From contig JBMFOM010000061.1 of the NCBI GenBank assembly GCA_049969615.1, positions 1 through 12,374 on the forward strand: a DNA stretch of 12,374 bases, given 5' to 3'. The first letter of the stretch is position 1, and every line of letters begins with the position of its first letter. Below the pieces are notes generated by a model. It saw only the letters and a program-made list of their open reading frames with translations. It ran no database searches and had not been told where the DNA came from. The stretch comes from a candidate division WOR-3 bacterium. Lineage in GTDB: Bacteria > Hydrothermota > Hydrothermia > JBDRYB01. The position numbers and the translations under genes were made by a program. This document shows positions 1-7,184 of the stretch, one piece after another.

Positions 1-420
1 CTCTAATGTCCAGAGGTCAACCTTCTTGCGCGGTTTCTGTATCTCAAGGTTTATTTCCTTCACAACCTCCTGGGGATAAACGGGCTGGCGCAGGAACTTG
101 TTGTGGAGCTTTATGACCTCCACGAGTTGCTTTTCCACTGACGAGGGCAGACGCTTTTCAAGAGATCGCTCCCTTATGGATATCAGGGAGTCCACGGGCT
201 CAAAGGGCTTGAGGGTGACATCCAAGATGGGCTTCTTTGCATCGTCTATGGCAAAAGAAGGCTGGCCTGTGACCTCTTCCTCAAGGGATGCTCCGGAACC
301 AAACTCCTCTCCGCCTCCTTCAGCTGGCGCTACTCCGCCTCCTTCCTCAGTCTGGGCCATCAGGAAGCTCGGTGAAAAGCATATCACTGTACCCAGGAAA
401 AGGTATATCAAATATTTCAT
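1..420 (-). CDS. Exported hypothetical protein, 3'-truncated by the window edge; may be entering an FlgD-like Ig domain
   Basis: Not in the ORF track; translated by hand. ATG at 420-418 with SD AGGAGG at 434-429, and the frame stays open for 140 codons to position 1: MKYLIYLFLGTVICFSPSFLMAQTEEGGGVAPAEGGGEEF...KPRKKVDLWTLE. The N-terminus looks like a Sec signal peptide (LMA/Q) and is followed by an acidic Gly-rich linker. Confidence 0.85.
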   Translation of the reverse strand, partial: MKYLIYLFLGTVICFSPSFLMAQTEEGGGVAPAEGGGEEFGSGASLEEEVTGQPSFAIDDAKKPILDVTLKPFEPVDSLISIRERSLEKRLPSSVEKQLVEVIKLHNKFLRQPVYPQEVVKEINLEIQKPRKKVDLWTLE

Positions 421-455
421 CCTAAAAACCTCCTTGCTTTCTAATCAAATCATCA

Positions 456-492
456 CCCCTCCTACCCCGGAAACATGCCGGGGAGGGAAGGG
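456..492 (-). other. GC-rich intergenic stem-loop just after the tonB stop codon (mRNA stability/processing element or weak terminator)
   Basis: Perfect core stem CCCCGG (465-470) / CCGGGG (478-483) with a 7-nt loop, plus an imperfect purine/pyrimidine extension. There is no clear U-tract. Confidence 0.45.
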
Positions 493-499
493 CATGAGC

Positions 500-1603
500 T
501 CACATCAGAGTGAACCGAACCGTCAGCTGGCCCCATTCGTCCGCGGTCACATCCTTGGCCGCGAACCTCCACTGGCTGAGCGCTGACTTGGCGGAGTTAT
601 CCAGCTCAGGGTATCCAGAGGAACGAACAAGCTGAATGTTCTTCACGGCTCCCTCTGGGGTAACCCAGAACTTCAGGACAACCACGCCTTCCCAGCCTTC
701 TTTTCTGGCCTTCTCTGGATAGGAGGGCTTTACCTTGGAGAGGATCTTTCTGTTAGCGACCTCTCCAGTGAGCTCCATTGGCGAAGACCTGGGCCCGGCT
801 GATGTAGCGCTGAGCTGCTGTTCCACAGCCTTGAAGCTCTCAGAACCAGAGGAAAGCTTTATGTCAGTGGACGGAGCAAGGCCAGGCCCGGATTCCGCAA
901 GGTTAACGGTTTTGCCTCCGAAACCTATGCCTCCGCCTCCGCCCTCAGCACCAAACCCAAGGCCTCCGCCAAGAGCGCCCTCAATCCCAGGGCCACCCAG
1001 ACCAACGGCAGGAACAGCCTCCATTGCCAGGATGTCAGCTGTGGAAGCTCCAGCCCCGGAAACAGATATGACCATATCAGCCGCGTCGATGTCCATGCTC
1101 GGCTCAAGGCTCTCTATATCTATTGCCGCGTCCATCTCCTGGAGAGCGTTCAGCTGGTTTATGTCTATCTTCTCAACCATCATCTGGTCTGGAAGGACCT
1201 GGGTCTGGGCTATCTGTATCTTGAGGTCCTGCGGCATATCCATGTTCAGCTTTGGCCCGCCTATCTTTATGTTTGGGTTTGGAAGGGTCGTGGAGAGCTT
1301 AGGCGCGAGGTCTGCCTTTCCAGCTGGCTTGTTGTCGGCCTTCTCGTCTTTCTTCTCTTCCTTCTTCTTCTCTTCCTCAAGCTTCTTCTGGGCCTTGGGA
1401 TTGACATTCTTCTTCTGGGCCAGCTTCTCCTCCATGAGCTCTATCTCCCTGAGACGGGCCTCTGACAAAGCTCCCAATATCTGTCCCCTGAACAGAAACA
1501 GAACGCCCGTGTGAAGGAGAAGGGAAATGGCAAAGATCACGAATATCTTCCACTTCTTCTCCTTCTTTTCCTCGGGGAGGACTACCTCGTATCTCATCGC
1601 CAT
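500..1603 (-). CDS. tonB: TonB-family energy transducer: N-terminal TM anchor, long non-proline linker, TonB_C domain
   Basis: Single TM helix IFVIFAISLLLHTGVLFLF carrying the S-x3-H (SHLS-type) motif. The C-terminus KVKPSYPEKARKEGWEGVVVLKFWV...SSGYPELDNSAKSALSQWRF is a typical TonB_C domain. It lies directly after two exbD-like genes. Confidence 0.9.
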   Translation of the reverse strand: MAMRYEVVLPEEKKEKKWKIFVIFAISLLLHTGVLFLFRGQILGALSEARLREIELMEEKLAQKKNVNPKAQKKLEEEKKKEEKKDEKADNKPAGKADLAPKLSTTLPNPNIKIGGPKLNMDMPQDLKIQIAQTQVLPDQMMVEKIDINQLNALQEMDAAIDIESLEPSMDIDAADMVISVSGAGASTADILAMEAVPAVGLGGPGIEGALGGGLGFGAEGGGGGIGFGGKTVNLAESGPGLAPSTDIKLSSGSESFKAVEQQLSATSAGPRSSPMELTGEVANRKILSKVKPSYPEKARKEGWEGVVVLKFWVTPEGAVKNIQLVRSSGYPELDNSAKSALSQWRFAAKDVTADEWGQLTVRFTLM

Positions 1604-1607
1604 GCTA

Positions 1608-2054
1608 TCACCCTCTTTTCTTGATTACTGCAAGCACGACACGCTTGCACTTTGCCCTTTTGACAGCGTCTATTGCCTCCAAGACGCTGCCCCACTGTAT
1701 TGATTTGTCCCCGCGGATGACGACCATCTGGAATCCCTCAAGCTCCGGGTCTCCGGCTTCCTCCGCGTATTTCTTCTGATCGGCCGCGACCTTTGGCGTC
1801 AGCTCTTTCACATCGTTCATCTTCTCGTCCTTGTAGTAATATACGCCGTTCTTGTCTATGGATATGGGTATCATCTGCTCCAGGTCTGTCTCAATCACAT
1901 TCGCCTTCGGTATCTCCAGCTGGACGGAGGTGTTGGTGAAAAGGGCCTGCGCGTTTCCGATGATGGTTGCCAGGACCAGAATCATCACTCCCGCAAGCGG
2001 GAAGAGTATCTGCCCCATATCCGGAGGCTCTAGTTTATCTTCTTTTTTTGGCAT
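1608..2054 (-). CDS. exbD: ExbD/TolR family protein, paralogue 2 (TM Asp replaced by Gly)
   Basis: N-terminal TM followed by a periplasmic domain with ISIDKNGVYY and VVIRGDKSIQWGSVLEAIDAVKRA, an ExbD-like pattern. SD GGAGGT lies upstream. Confidence 0.85.
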   Translation of the reverse strand: MPKKEDKLEPPDMGQILFPLAGVMILVLATIIGNAQALFTNTSVQLEIPKANVIETDLEQMIPISIDKNGVYYYKDEKMNDVKELTPKVAADQKKYAEEAGDPELEGFQMVVIRGDKSIQWGSVLEAIDAVKRAKCKRVVLAVIKKRG

Positions 2055-2066
2055 CCTCTCACCTCC

Positions 2067-2528
2067 CTATTCTGGCGCCTCTGGCGCCTCGGTTGCCGTC
2101 GCGGCCTTCCTCTTCATGATGAGCACGTCGGAAGCGCCATTGGCCTTGAGCATGTCTATGTAGTCTATGACGCTCTCGTAGATAACCTCAGCGTCGGCCG
2201 TGAGTATGGCTTTCTTTTCTATTGACCGGGCGAGCAATCTGGGGATCAGGTCCGGCAGTTGTCCGGGATCAACCGGTTCCTTGTTCAAGAGAACAGTGCC
2301 ATCAGAACGCAGATACAGGTTGACTTTTATGTCCGACTTCTTCGCCTCTTGCATCATTTGCGGGGTCTTCGCGGCCAGGGACCTCGTTATGAAGATCCCT
2401 GACTCCACAAGGAAGGGTATGGAAAGCATGAACATGACGACCAGGGAGGTTGTGACATCCGAGAAGGGCCCGAGGTTAATGGGGACCTTCTGGGCTTCCT
2501 CTATGGTTATGCTGGGCCTCCTGGCCAT
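2067..2528 (-). CDS. exbD: ExbD/TolR family protein, paralogue 1
   Basis: INLGPFSDVTTSLVVMFML retains the conserved TM Asp (D24). ILTADAEVIYESVIDYIDMLKANG matches the ExbD/TolR C-terminal motif. It directly follows exbB. Confidence 0.9.
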   Translation of the reverse strand: MARRPSITIEEAQKVPINLGPFSDVTTSLVVMFMLSIPFLVESGIFITRSLAAKTPQMMQEAKKSDIKVNLYLRSDGTVLLNKEPVDPGQLPDLIPRLLARSIEKKAILTADAEVIYESVIDYIDMLKANGASDVLIMKRKAATATEAPEAPE

Positions 2529-2534
2529 CTCTTA

Positions 2535-3191
2535 TCACCCCCTTACCGCTGAGAGAATCACCAGGTATTCTCTCATCGCGGCTTCAACTTTGGACACTAT
2601 GTCCGATGTCTTCTTTGTGAAGTAGTTGAAGAAACCGGTCGCGAGCATGGCTATTATGAGGCCTACCCAGGTGGTGACCAGGGCCGTGGATATACCTTTG
2701 CCCACGACCTCAGGACCGCCTGTGCCCGTGACAGCTATCTGGTGGAACGCATCAATCAGACCGTCAACTGTGCCGAACAAACCAAGCAGGGGGCCAATCG
2801 CGCCCACCGATGACAAGCCTGAGAGGAACCTGGTCATCCTGTCCCTTTCAAACAGGACTTTTGATTCCATGAGGTCAAGGATGCGGTCCTCGGGCAATTC
2901 TATGTTCTCTATGCCAACCTTGATCACATTGTGGAGCGGGGTATCCTTGGATTCGCAGTAGGCGAGAGCTCCGTCAACATCACCGGCCTTAAGATATTCA
3001 GCAAGCTCGCGGGTGAACTTGTTCTGGTCAAAGCGCCTCCTCAGAAAGAAAACAAGGCGCTCTATGATCAGGGTCAGGTCCGCTATACTGCATATGAGCA
3101 AGGCGAACATGGTGAGGTTGTCAAAGAAGCTACCCGCCGTGATTACGCCATCAAATATGGCGTATAGTTTGAAGATGTTCAAGATGTTCAT
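2535..3191 (-). CDS. exbB: MotA/TolQ/ExbB proton channel family protein
   Basis: TM1 ends in IIER, TM2 is GAIGPLLGLFGTVDGLIDAF, and TM3 is GISTALVTTWVGLIIAM...FFNYF. A strong SD (TAAGGAGG) precedes the start. Confidence 0.93.
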   Translation of the reverse strand: MNILNIFKLYAIFDGVITAGSFFDNLTMFALLICSIADLTLIIERLVFFLRRRFDQNKFTRELAEYLKAGDVDGALAYCESKDTPLHNVIKVGIENIELPEDRILDLMESKVLFERDRMTRFLSGLSSVGAIGPLLGLFGTVDGLIDAFHQIAVTGTGGPEVVGKGISTALVTTWVGLIIAMLATGFFNYFTKKTSDIVSKVEAAMREYLVILSAVRG

Positions 3192-3226
3192 CTTTCTTCC
3201 TCCTTACATCTCTCTCTCAGATTTAT

Positions 3227-3255
3227 ATTATAAGGGAAAACCTCGGTTTTTTCAA
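3227..3255 (-). promoter_or_regulatory. Sigma70-type internal promoter for exbB-exbD-exbD-tonB
   Basis: TTGAAA (3255-3250), a 17-nt spacer, then TATAAT (3232-3227), ~35 nt upstream of the exbB ATG. The inverted repeat AAAACC-N2-GGTTTT (3237-3250) occupies the spacer. Confidence 0.75.
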
Positions 3256-3327
3256 GGCCCAATTCCGCCCCGGGCAAATCGCGGAAACAGCGAACTCTCC
3301 GGGGACTCCAGAAGGGGCGGCTCAAAG

Positions 3328-3359
3328 CGTTGGCCCTCGCTTTCGGCAAGCAACCAACG
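3328..3359 (-). terminator. Hairpin after the TPR gene (weak terminator or 3' stabilising stem)
   Basis: Minus strand reads CGTTGGTT-G-CTTGC-CGAAA-GCGAG-GGCCAACG, a 13-bp stem with G-U pairs, followed only by CTTT. Confidence 0.4.
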
Positions 3360-3378
3360 ACAAGAAAGCAACTGATCA

Positions 3379-5922
3379 TCAGTGGGGCAGGGTTTTTATG
3401 TATTCGTTGAGCTGTGTGGCCTCCTCATATCTGCCGGCCGCGTTATAGACCTCTACAGCCTGTTGGAAAACCTTCACGGCCTTGGCGGTCTGGCCCATCT
3501 GAACATATGCCATTCCCATGAACTTCAGGGCATCACCCCTGAACTCACTATCCGGGAACTTGTTCAGCTCCTCCTCAAAGGTGGCCACTGACTCCTGATA
3601 CTTGGCCAAGCCGAAGTATGACATAGCAAGCCAGTGCGTGACATCTTTTATCTGCTTCCCGTTGGGGTAGAAATCCTTGTATTTCTTAAAAGCGACAGAG
3701 GCCTCAGAGAACTTCTTCAGCTTGTAGAAGAGGGTTCCAGAGTAGAATAGGGCATCAGGGGTTCTCTCGGATTTGGGGAACTCGTTTGCTACCCGGAAGA
3801 AGATCTCCGCGGCCAATGAGTCGTTCTTCTCGTCATAGGCCTTGGCGGCTTGTTCGTAGAGGGCCGCGGCCGCTAGCTCGGACTCCGGGAAGTCGTGGAT
3901 GAATTTCTCCACAATCTCAGGGTCATCCCTGGTCAGGAGATAATATATCTGTTGCATGCGGTCGCTGACCTGCTTGTCCAGTTCAGGGTCCCTACCCGAG
4001 TAGAGGGTGCGATACTTGTCGTATTCCTTGAGAGCATCCGCGTAGTTCTTGGTCAGGGTCTTGCTCTCCGCGAGCATGTATTGCGCTCTTGGCGCTCGGT
4101 AGTAGTTGGGGTAATGCTCCAGTAGCCAGGAGAGGAGATTGCCGGCCTTCTGGTATTCACCGCCCTTCATGTATATGTCAGCGGCCTTAAAAGCGCTCTC
4201 AGCCGAGCGCGGTGCCTCCGGATACTTGGTTAAACACTCTTCGTAGAACTTTATGGCGTCACCCCAAAACTTCAGGGCCTGGGCCGAATAGCCCTTGTAA
4301 TAGATCAGATCCGGCATCTCCTGGTGCCGCTCCGGGAAGGCGTTGGCAGTGGCCGCGAACTCGCGGAACGCCTCCTCATATTTGCCATTGTTGAAGTAAC
4401 AGACGCCCATCCCCATGTGTATGGCAACTATAACCGAGGTATCAGTTGCCGCGGCCTCTATTGACTTGAACTGCGCCAACGCGTCATCATAGCGCCCCTG
4501 GTGCAGGAACACCCACCCAAGTCCCAGACGAGACAAGAGGATGAGGTCGCGGTGTATGGTTCTCTGTATGTTCCAGTTATAACGGAGCTCGGCATCACCA
4601 AGGGCGTTGGCATAGTAGGAGCCTTCGGCAAGTCCGAAGATGAACCAACCATCCCAAAGGTCATAGGTGGTGTCAGCGTTTATCTCGGGCCAGTAGAGAT
4701 TCCCCTTAAGAACAGCTTGGTCAAAGCTCTGGCCCTTGACCAGAGAAAGCAGGGTCATGGCCATGGCCGGACGCCGGAAATACGACTGCGGGTAGTTCTC
4801 TATGACAGTCTGGAACGAGAGAACAGCGGCCGCATATTTGTTCAAGGAATAGCTTATGGCGCCTCGCATGTATTCGCCTATACCGCCCTCCTCAGGGGCC
4901 AACGGGAACGAGAGGAGCTGATCTGCCATAAGATAAGCCTGCGCGCTGTCGCCCTTGTAGAAATAGGACTCTGCCATGCGCAGGAAGGCTATAGTGGAGA
5001 CCACATTGTCTCCGGCCAGAGATCGGGCTGTCTGGAAGTATTTGATGGCATCGTCATACTTCTTGAAACGCATCTGGCAGTTCCCCGCGTAGTAGGCCGC
5101 CAGTCCCTGAAACTCAAACTCCTTCTTCTTGGCCAGGAAGCTCATCTTCTCAAGGCACTGATCATAGTAATCAAGCCTGTATAGTGAAACCCCCCAGTAA
5201 TACTGAACATAGTCGGACAGGGGGTGGCCATGGTAGCGCTTGATGAACTCCTGGGCCAGGGTAGCGGTTCCCTTGTAGTCGCCATACAGGAAGTTGGCCT
5301 CTATGATTCCATACTGGATGAGACCCTCCAGTGGCGTGCCGGAGTAGTCAGTGAGGAGCTTCTTGTATATCTCTATGGCGTCAAGGGGGCGTCTTGTGAT
5401 GGCGAGGGTCCGGGCGTAGAAGAACTTGGCCTCTGGCAAGTCGGCCTGTGCCAGCTTGAGAACGGCCTCCTCAAACTTACCCTCCCGGTAGTCTATTATG
5501 CCTAGGAGGAACTTGGTTCTGGGTGAATTCTTGTAATAGGGATAGGCCTGCAGGGTTTGGACCATCTGTTTCGCATATTGGATATCGCCGCGGATCGCAT
5601 AGGCCACGGCAAGGGCATAAACAATTTCCTGCTCCATGTAGGTGCCCTTGATGTGGCCGTCTTTGGACATCTTGTCAAACTCCTTTACCGCTGTGTTGAA
5701 GTCACCCTTGTTGAAGTAGCATTCAAGAATCCGATAACGCACCTCATAGCCGAACTCAAACCCGAAGGCATCCTTCTCTATCTTTTTGTAGATGTTCAGC
5801 GCCTTGTCGTATTCGCCTCGTTGGAAATACATCTCTGCCTGCTGGTAGGCCTTGTAGAAGTTATCATAGGTCATGGCCCCTAGTGTCACCAGCAGGAGTG
5901 CTTTGGCGGTTAAGATACCCAT
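3379..5922 (-). CDS. Large exported tetratricopeptide-repeat protein (BamD/CpoB-like TPR repeats)
   Basis: 847 aa made almost entirely of TPR-like helix pairs, with recurring [YF]P-x-S..A..A-x-[YF] turns (YPQSYFRRPA, YPEAPRSAESAF, FPESELAAAALY, FPKSERTPDALFY, FPDSEFRGDAL). It has a short hydrophobic N-terminus, and SD GGAGG sits within the end of the upstream gene. Confidence 0.92.
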   Translation of the reverse strand: MGILTAKALLLVTLGAMTYDNFYKAYQQAEMYFQRGEYDKALNIYKKIEKDAFGFEFGYEVRYRILECYFNKGDFNTAVKEFDKMSKDGHIKGTYMEQEIVYALAVAYAIRGDIQYAKQMVQTLQAYPYYKNSPRTKFLLGIIDYREGKFEEAVLKLAQADLPEAKFFYARTLAITRRPLDAIEIYKKLLTDYSGTPLEGLIQYGIIEANFLYGDYKGTATLAQEFIKRYHGHPLSDYVQYYWGVSLYRLDYYDQCLEKMSFLAKKKEFEFQGLAAYYAGNCQMRFKKYDDAIKYFQTARSLAGDNVVSTIAFLRMAESYFYKGDSAQAYLMADQLLSFPLAPEEGGIGEYMRGAISYSLNKYAAAVLSFQTVIENYPQSYFRRPAMAMTLLSLVKGQSFDQAVLKGNLYWPEINADTTYDLWDGWFIFGLAEGSYYANALGDAELRYNWNIQRTIHRDLILLSRLGLGWVFLHQGRYDDALAQFKSIEAAATDTSVIVAIHMGMGVCYFNNGKYEEAFREFAATANAFPERHQEMPDLIYYKGYSAQALKFWGDAIKFYEECLTKYPEAPRSAESAFKAADIYMKGGEYQKAGNLLSWLLEHYPNYYRAPRAQYMLAESKTLTKNYADALKEYDKYRTLYSGRDPELDKQVSDRMQQIYYLLTRDDPEIVEKFIHDFPESELAAAALYEQAAKAYDEKNDSLAAEIFFRVANEFPKSERTPDALFYSGTLFYKLKKFSEASVAFKKYKDFYPNGKQIKDVTHWLAMSYFGLAKYQESVATFEEELNKFPDSEFRGDALKFMGMAYVQMGQTAKAVKVFQQAVEVYNAAGRYEEATQLNEYIKTLPH

Positions 5923-5923
5923 T

Positions 5924-7174
5924 TTACCAAACCTCCGCTTTCTTTACTGTCAAAAGATACCCGGATCTCTCAAAGCGCTCGCCCCCCATGTCTATTACCT
6001 CAAATTGGTAATTGTAATTGCCGGGGGGGACAAGCCTTCCGGAATCGTCCCTGCCATCCCACTCTATCCTGACCGGCGGGTCACCCTCGCCCCTGAACAC
6101 ACGAACAACCTCACCAGTCTGTTTCTTTATGAGAACTGTCCACTCATCGGCCCTTTGTCTGGGGAACGAGTGAAGATATACATAGGCATAGTTGTTTATG
6201 TCTCCCTCAGAGGCGGACATGAGCCTGGGATCAGCATTGGCCCAGACACGGTAGCCGGAGAACATTATGGTACCAGAAACCTGCTGGGTCTCCTCATATA
6301 TGGTGTGGGAGGAGTGGTTATAGGAGTAAGTGTAGTCAACACGGCCTATAACATCCCTTATGGTTACCTCAAAGCCTCCACCACCGGATATGTCCTCAAA
6401 GTTGGCCCCGCCCCTTATGTAGAGGAAGGAGAGAGGCCTTGCCTCCGCACCGCCATAGAAGTGAAAGTTCTGGTAGTGGGAGCTGTGGGAGGCATCCATG
6501 GTTATGGTGAACCATTCGAGGGGCTTCCACCCGAGACCGAGACGCCAGACCTGCGGATACCTCTCGGTCTCGGTCTTGTGCTTGACATTCATGGGGAGGA
6601 AGTTTATGGCCGCGACGCCTATTGACCAGTTGTCGTTGGGTTTGAAAAGCATCCCCAGGTCCATGCCCACGGCCGCTGTAGTAAAGTAAAAAGTCCTCTC
6701 ATACTGGACCTTCAGGTTTCCGCCTATGGCAAGTGTGTGGGTCAGGGATTTGCTGTAGGAGAAGAGTCCCGCTCGCTGGGCAAAACCGGTCCAGACTACC
6801 TCTTCTGTCCCGCCAGTATCACTATAAAGAATGAGATCAGGAGCATCTAGCTGTATTACCGTAACGCCGAAAGAGCCGTATGTGGCTGTGGGAAAGCTCA
6901 TGGCCGCGAAGTAATAGTCAGCACCGCCAGTCTCGGTGATCACATTGGGCATCCAGTAGGTGCCGGCCATCACATTCTTGCGTTGGAGAAAGGCCAGACC
7001 GGCTGGGTTGAAGTAAATGGTCTCTATGTCATCGGCAAGACCGGTGAAGGCTTTCCCAAGGGCAAATGGCCTCGCGCCCACGCAATAGTCATACAGTCCT
7101 CCCGGCATGCCACCGTCTGCCACGGCACCCAGGAGGCTACTTGCTATAATTCCAGCTGTTCCCAGCGCTATCAT
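5924..7174 (-). CDS. PorV/PorQ (FadL-like) outer-membrane beta-barrel with a C-terminal FlgD-like Ig domain
   Basis: The N-terminal signature GARPFALGKAFTGLADDIETIYFNPAGLA is followed by amphipathic beta strands up to ~F305 (QQVSGTIMF). After that comes WTVLIKKQTGEVVRVF...IEWDGRDDSGRLVPPGNYNYQFEV, an FlgD_ig/CTD-like motif. Confidence 0.85.
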   Translation of the reverse strand: MIALGTAGIIASSLLGAVADGGMPGGLYDYCVGARPFALGKAFTGLADDIETIYFNPAGLAFLQRKNVMAGTYWMPNVITETGGADYYFAAMSFPTATYGSFGVTVIQLDAPDLILYSDTGGTEEVVWTGFAQRAGLFSYSKSLTHTLAIGGNLKVQYERTFYFTTAAVGMDLGMLFKPNDNWSIGVAAINFLPMNVKHKTETERYPQVWRLGLGWKPLEWFTITMDASHSSHYQNFHFYGGAEARPLSFLYIRGGANFEDISGGGGFEVTIRDVIGRVDYTYSYNHSSHTIYEETQQVSGTIMFSGYRVWANADPRLMSASEGDINNYAYVYLHSFPRQRADEWTVLIKKQTGEVVRVFRGEGDPPVRIEWDGRDDSGRLVPPGNYNYQFEVIDMGGERFERSGYLLTVKKAEVW

Positions 7175-7184
7175 TTCTTCCTCC

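Noticed and set aside
1340-1420. TTC/CTT-rich simple-sequence tract
   Set aside because: It only reflects Lys/Glu codons in the TonB linker; it is not a tandem repeat or phase-variation tract.
500-3191. Calling the motor a Tol-Pal or flagellar MotAB system
   Set aside because: There is no TolB or Pal, the transducer has a TonB-type YP C-domain, and the ExbD-like proteins lack MotB's OmpA_C domain.
3272-3320. GGGCAAA-stem-GAAA resembling the start of a c-di-GMP-I riboswitch
   Set aside because: The required following GACGCAAAG and P3 elements are missing, and it is antisense to the operon. No cobalamin-riboswitch motifs are present either.
3188-3379. 63-aa minus-strand ORF bridging the TPR gene and exbB
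   Set aside because: It does abut both neighbours, but it has no SD, an unprotein-like composition, and runs through hairpins and a consensus promoter. It is better explained as non-coding.
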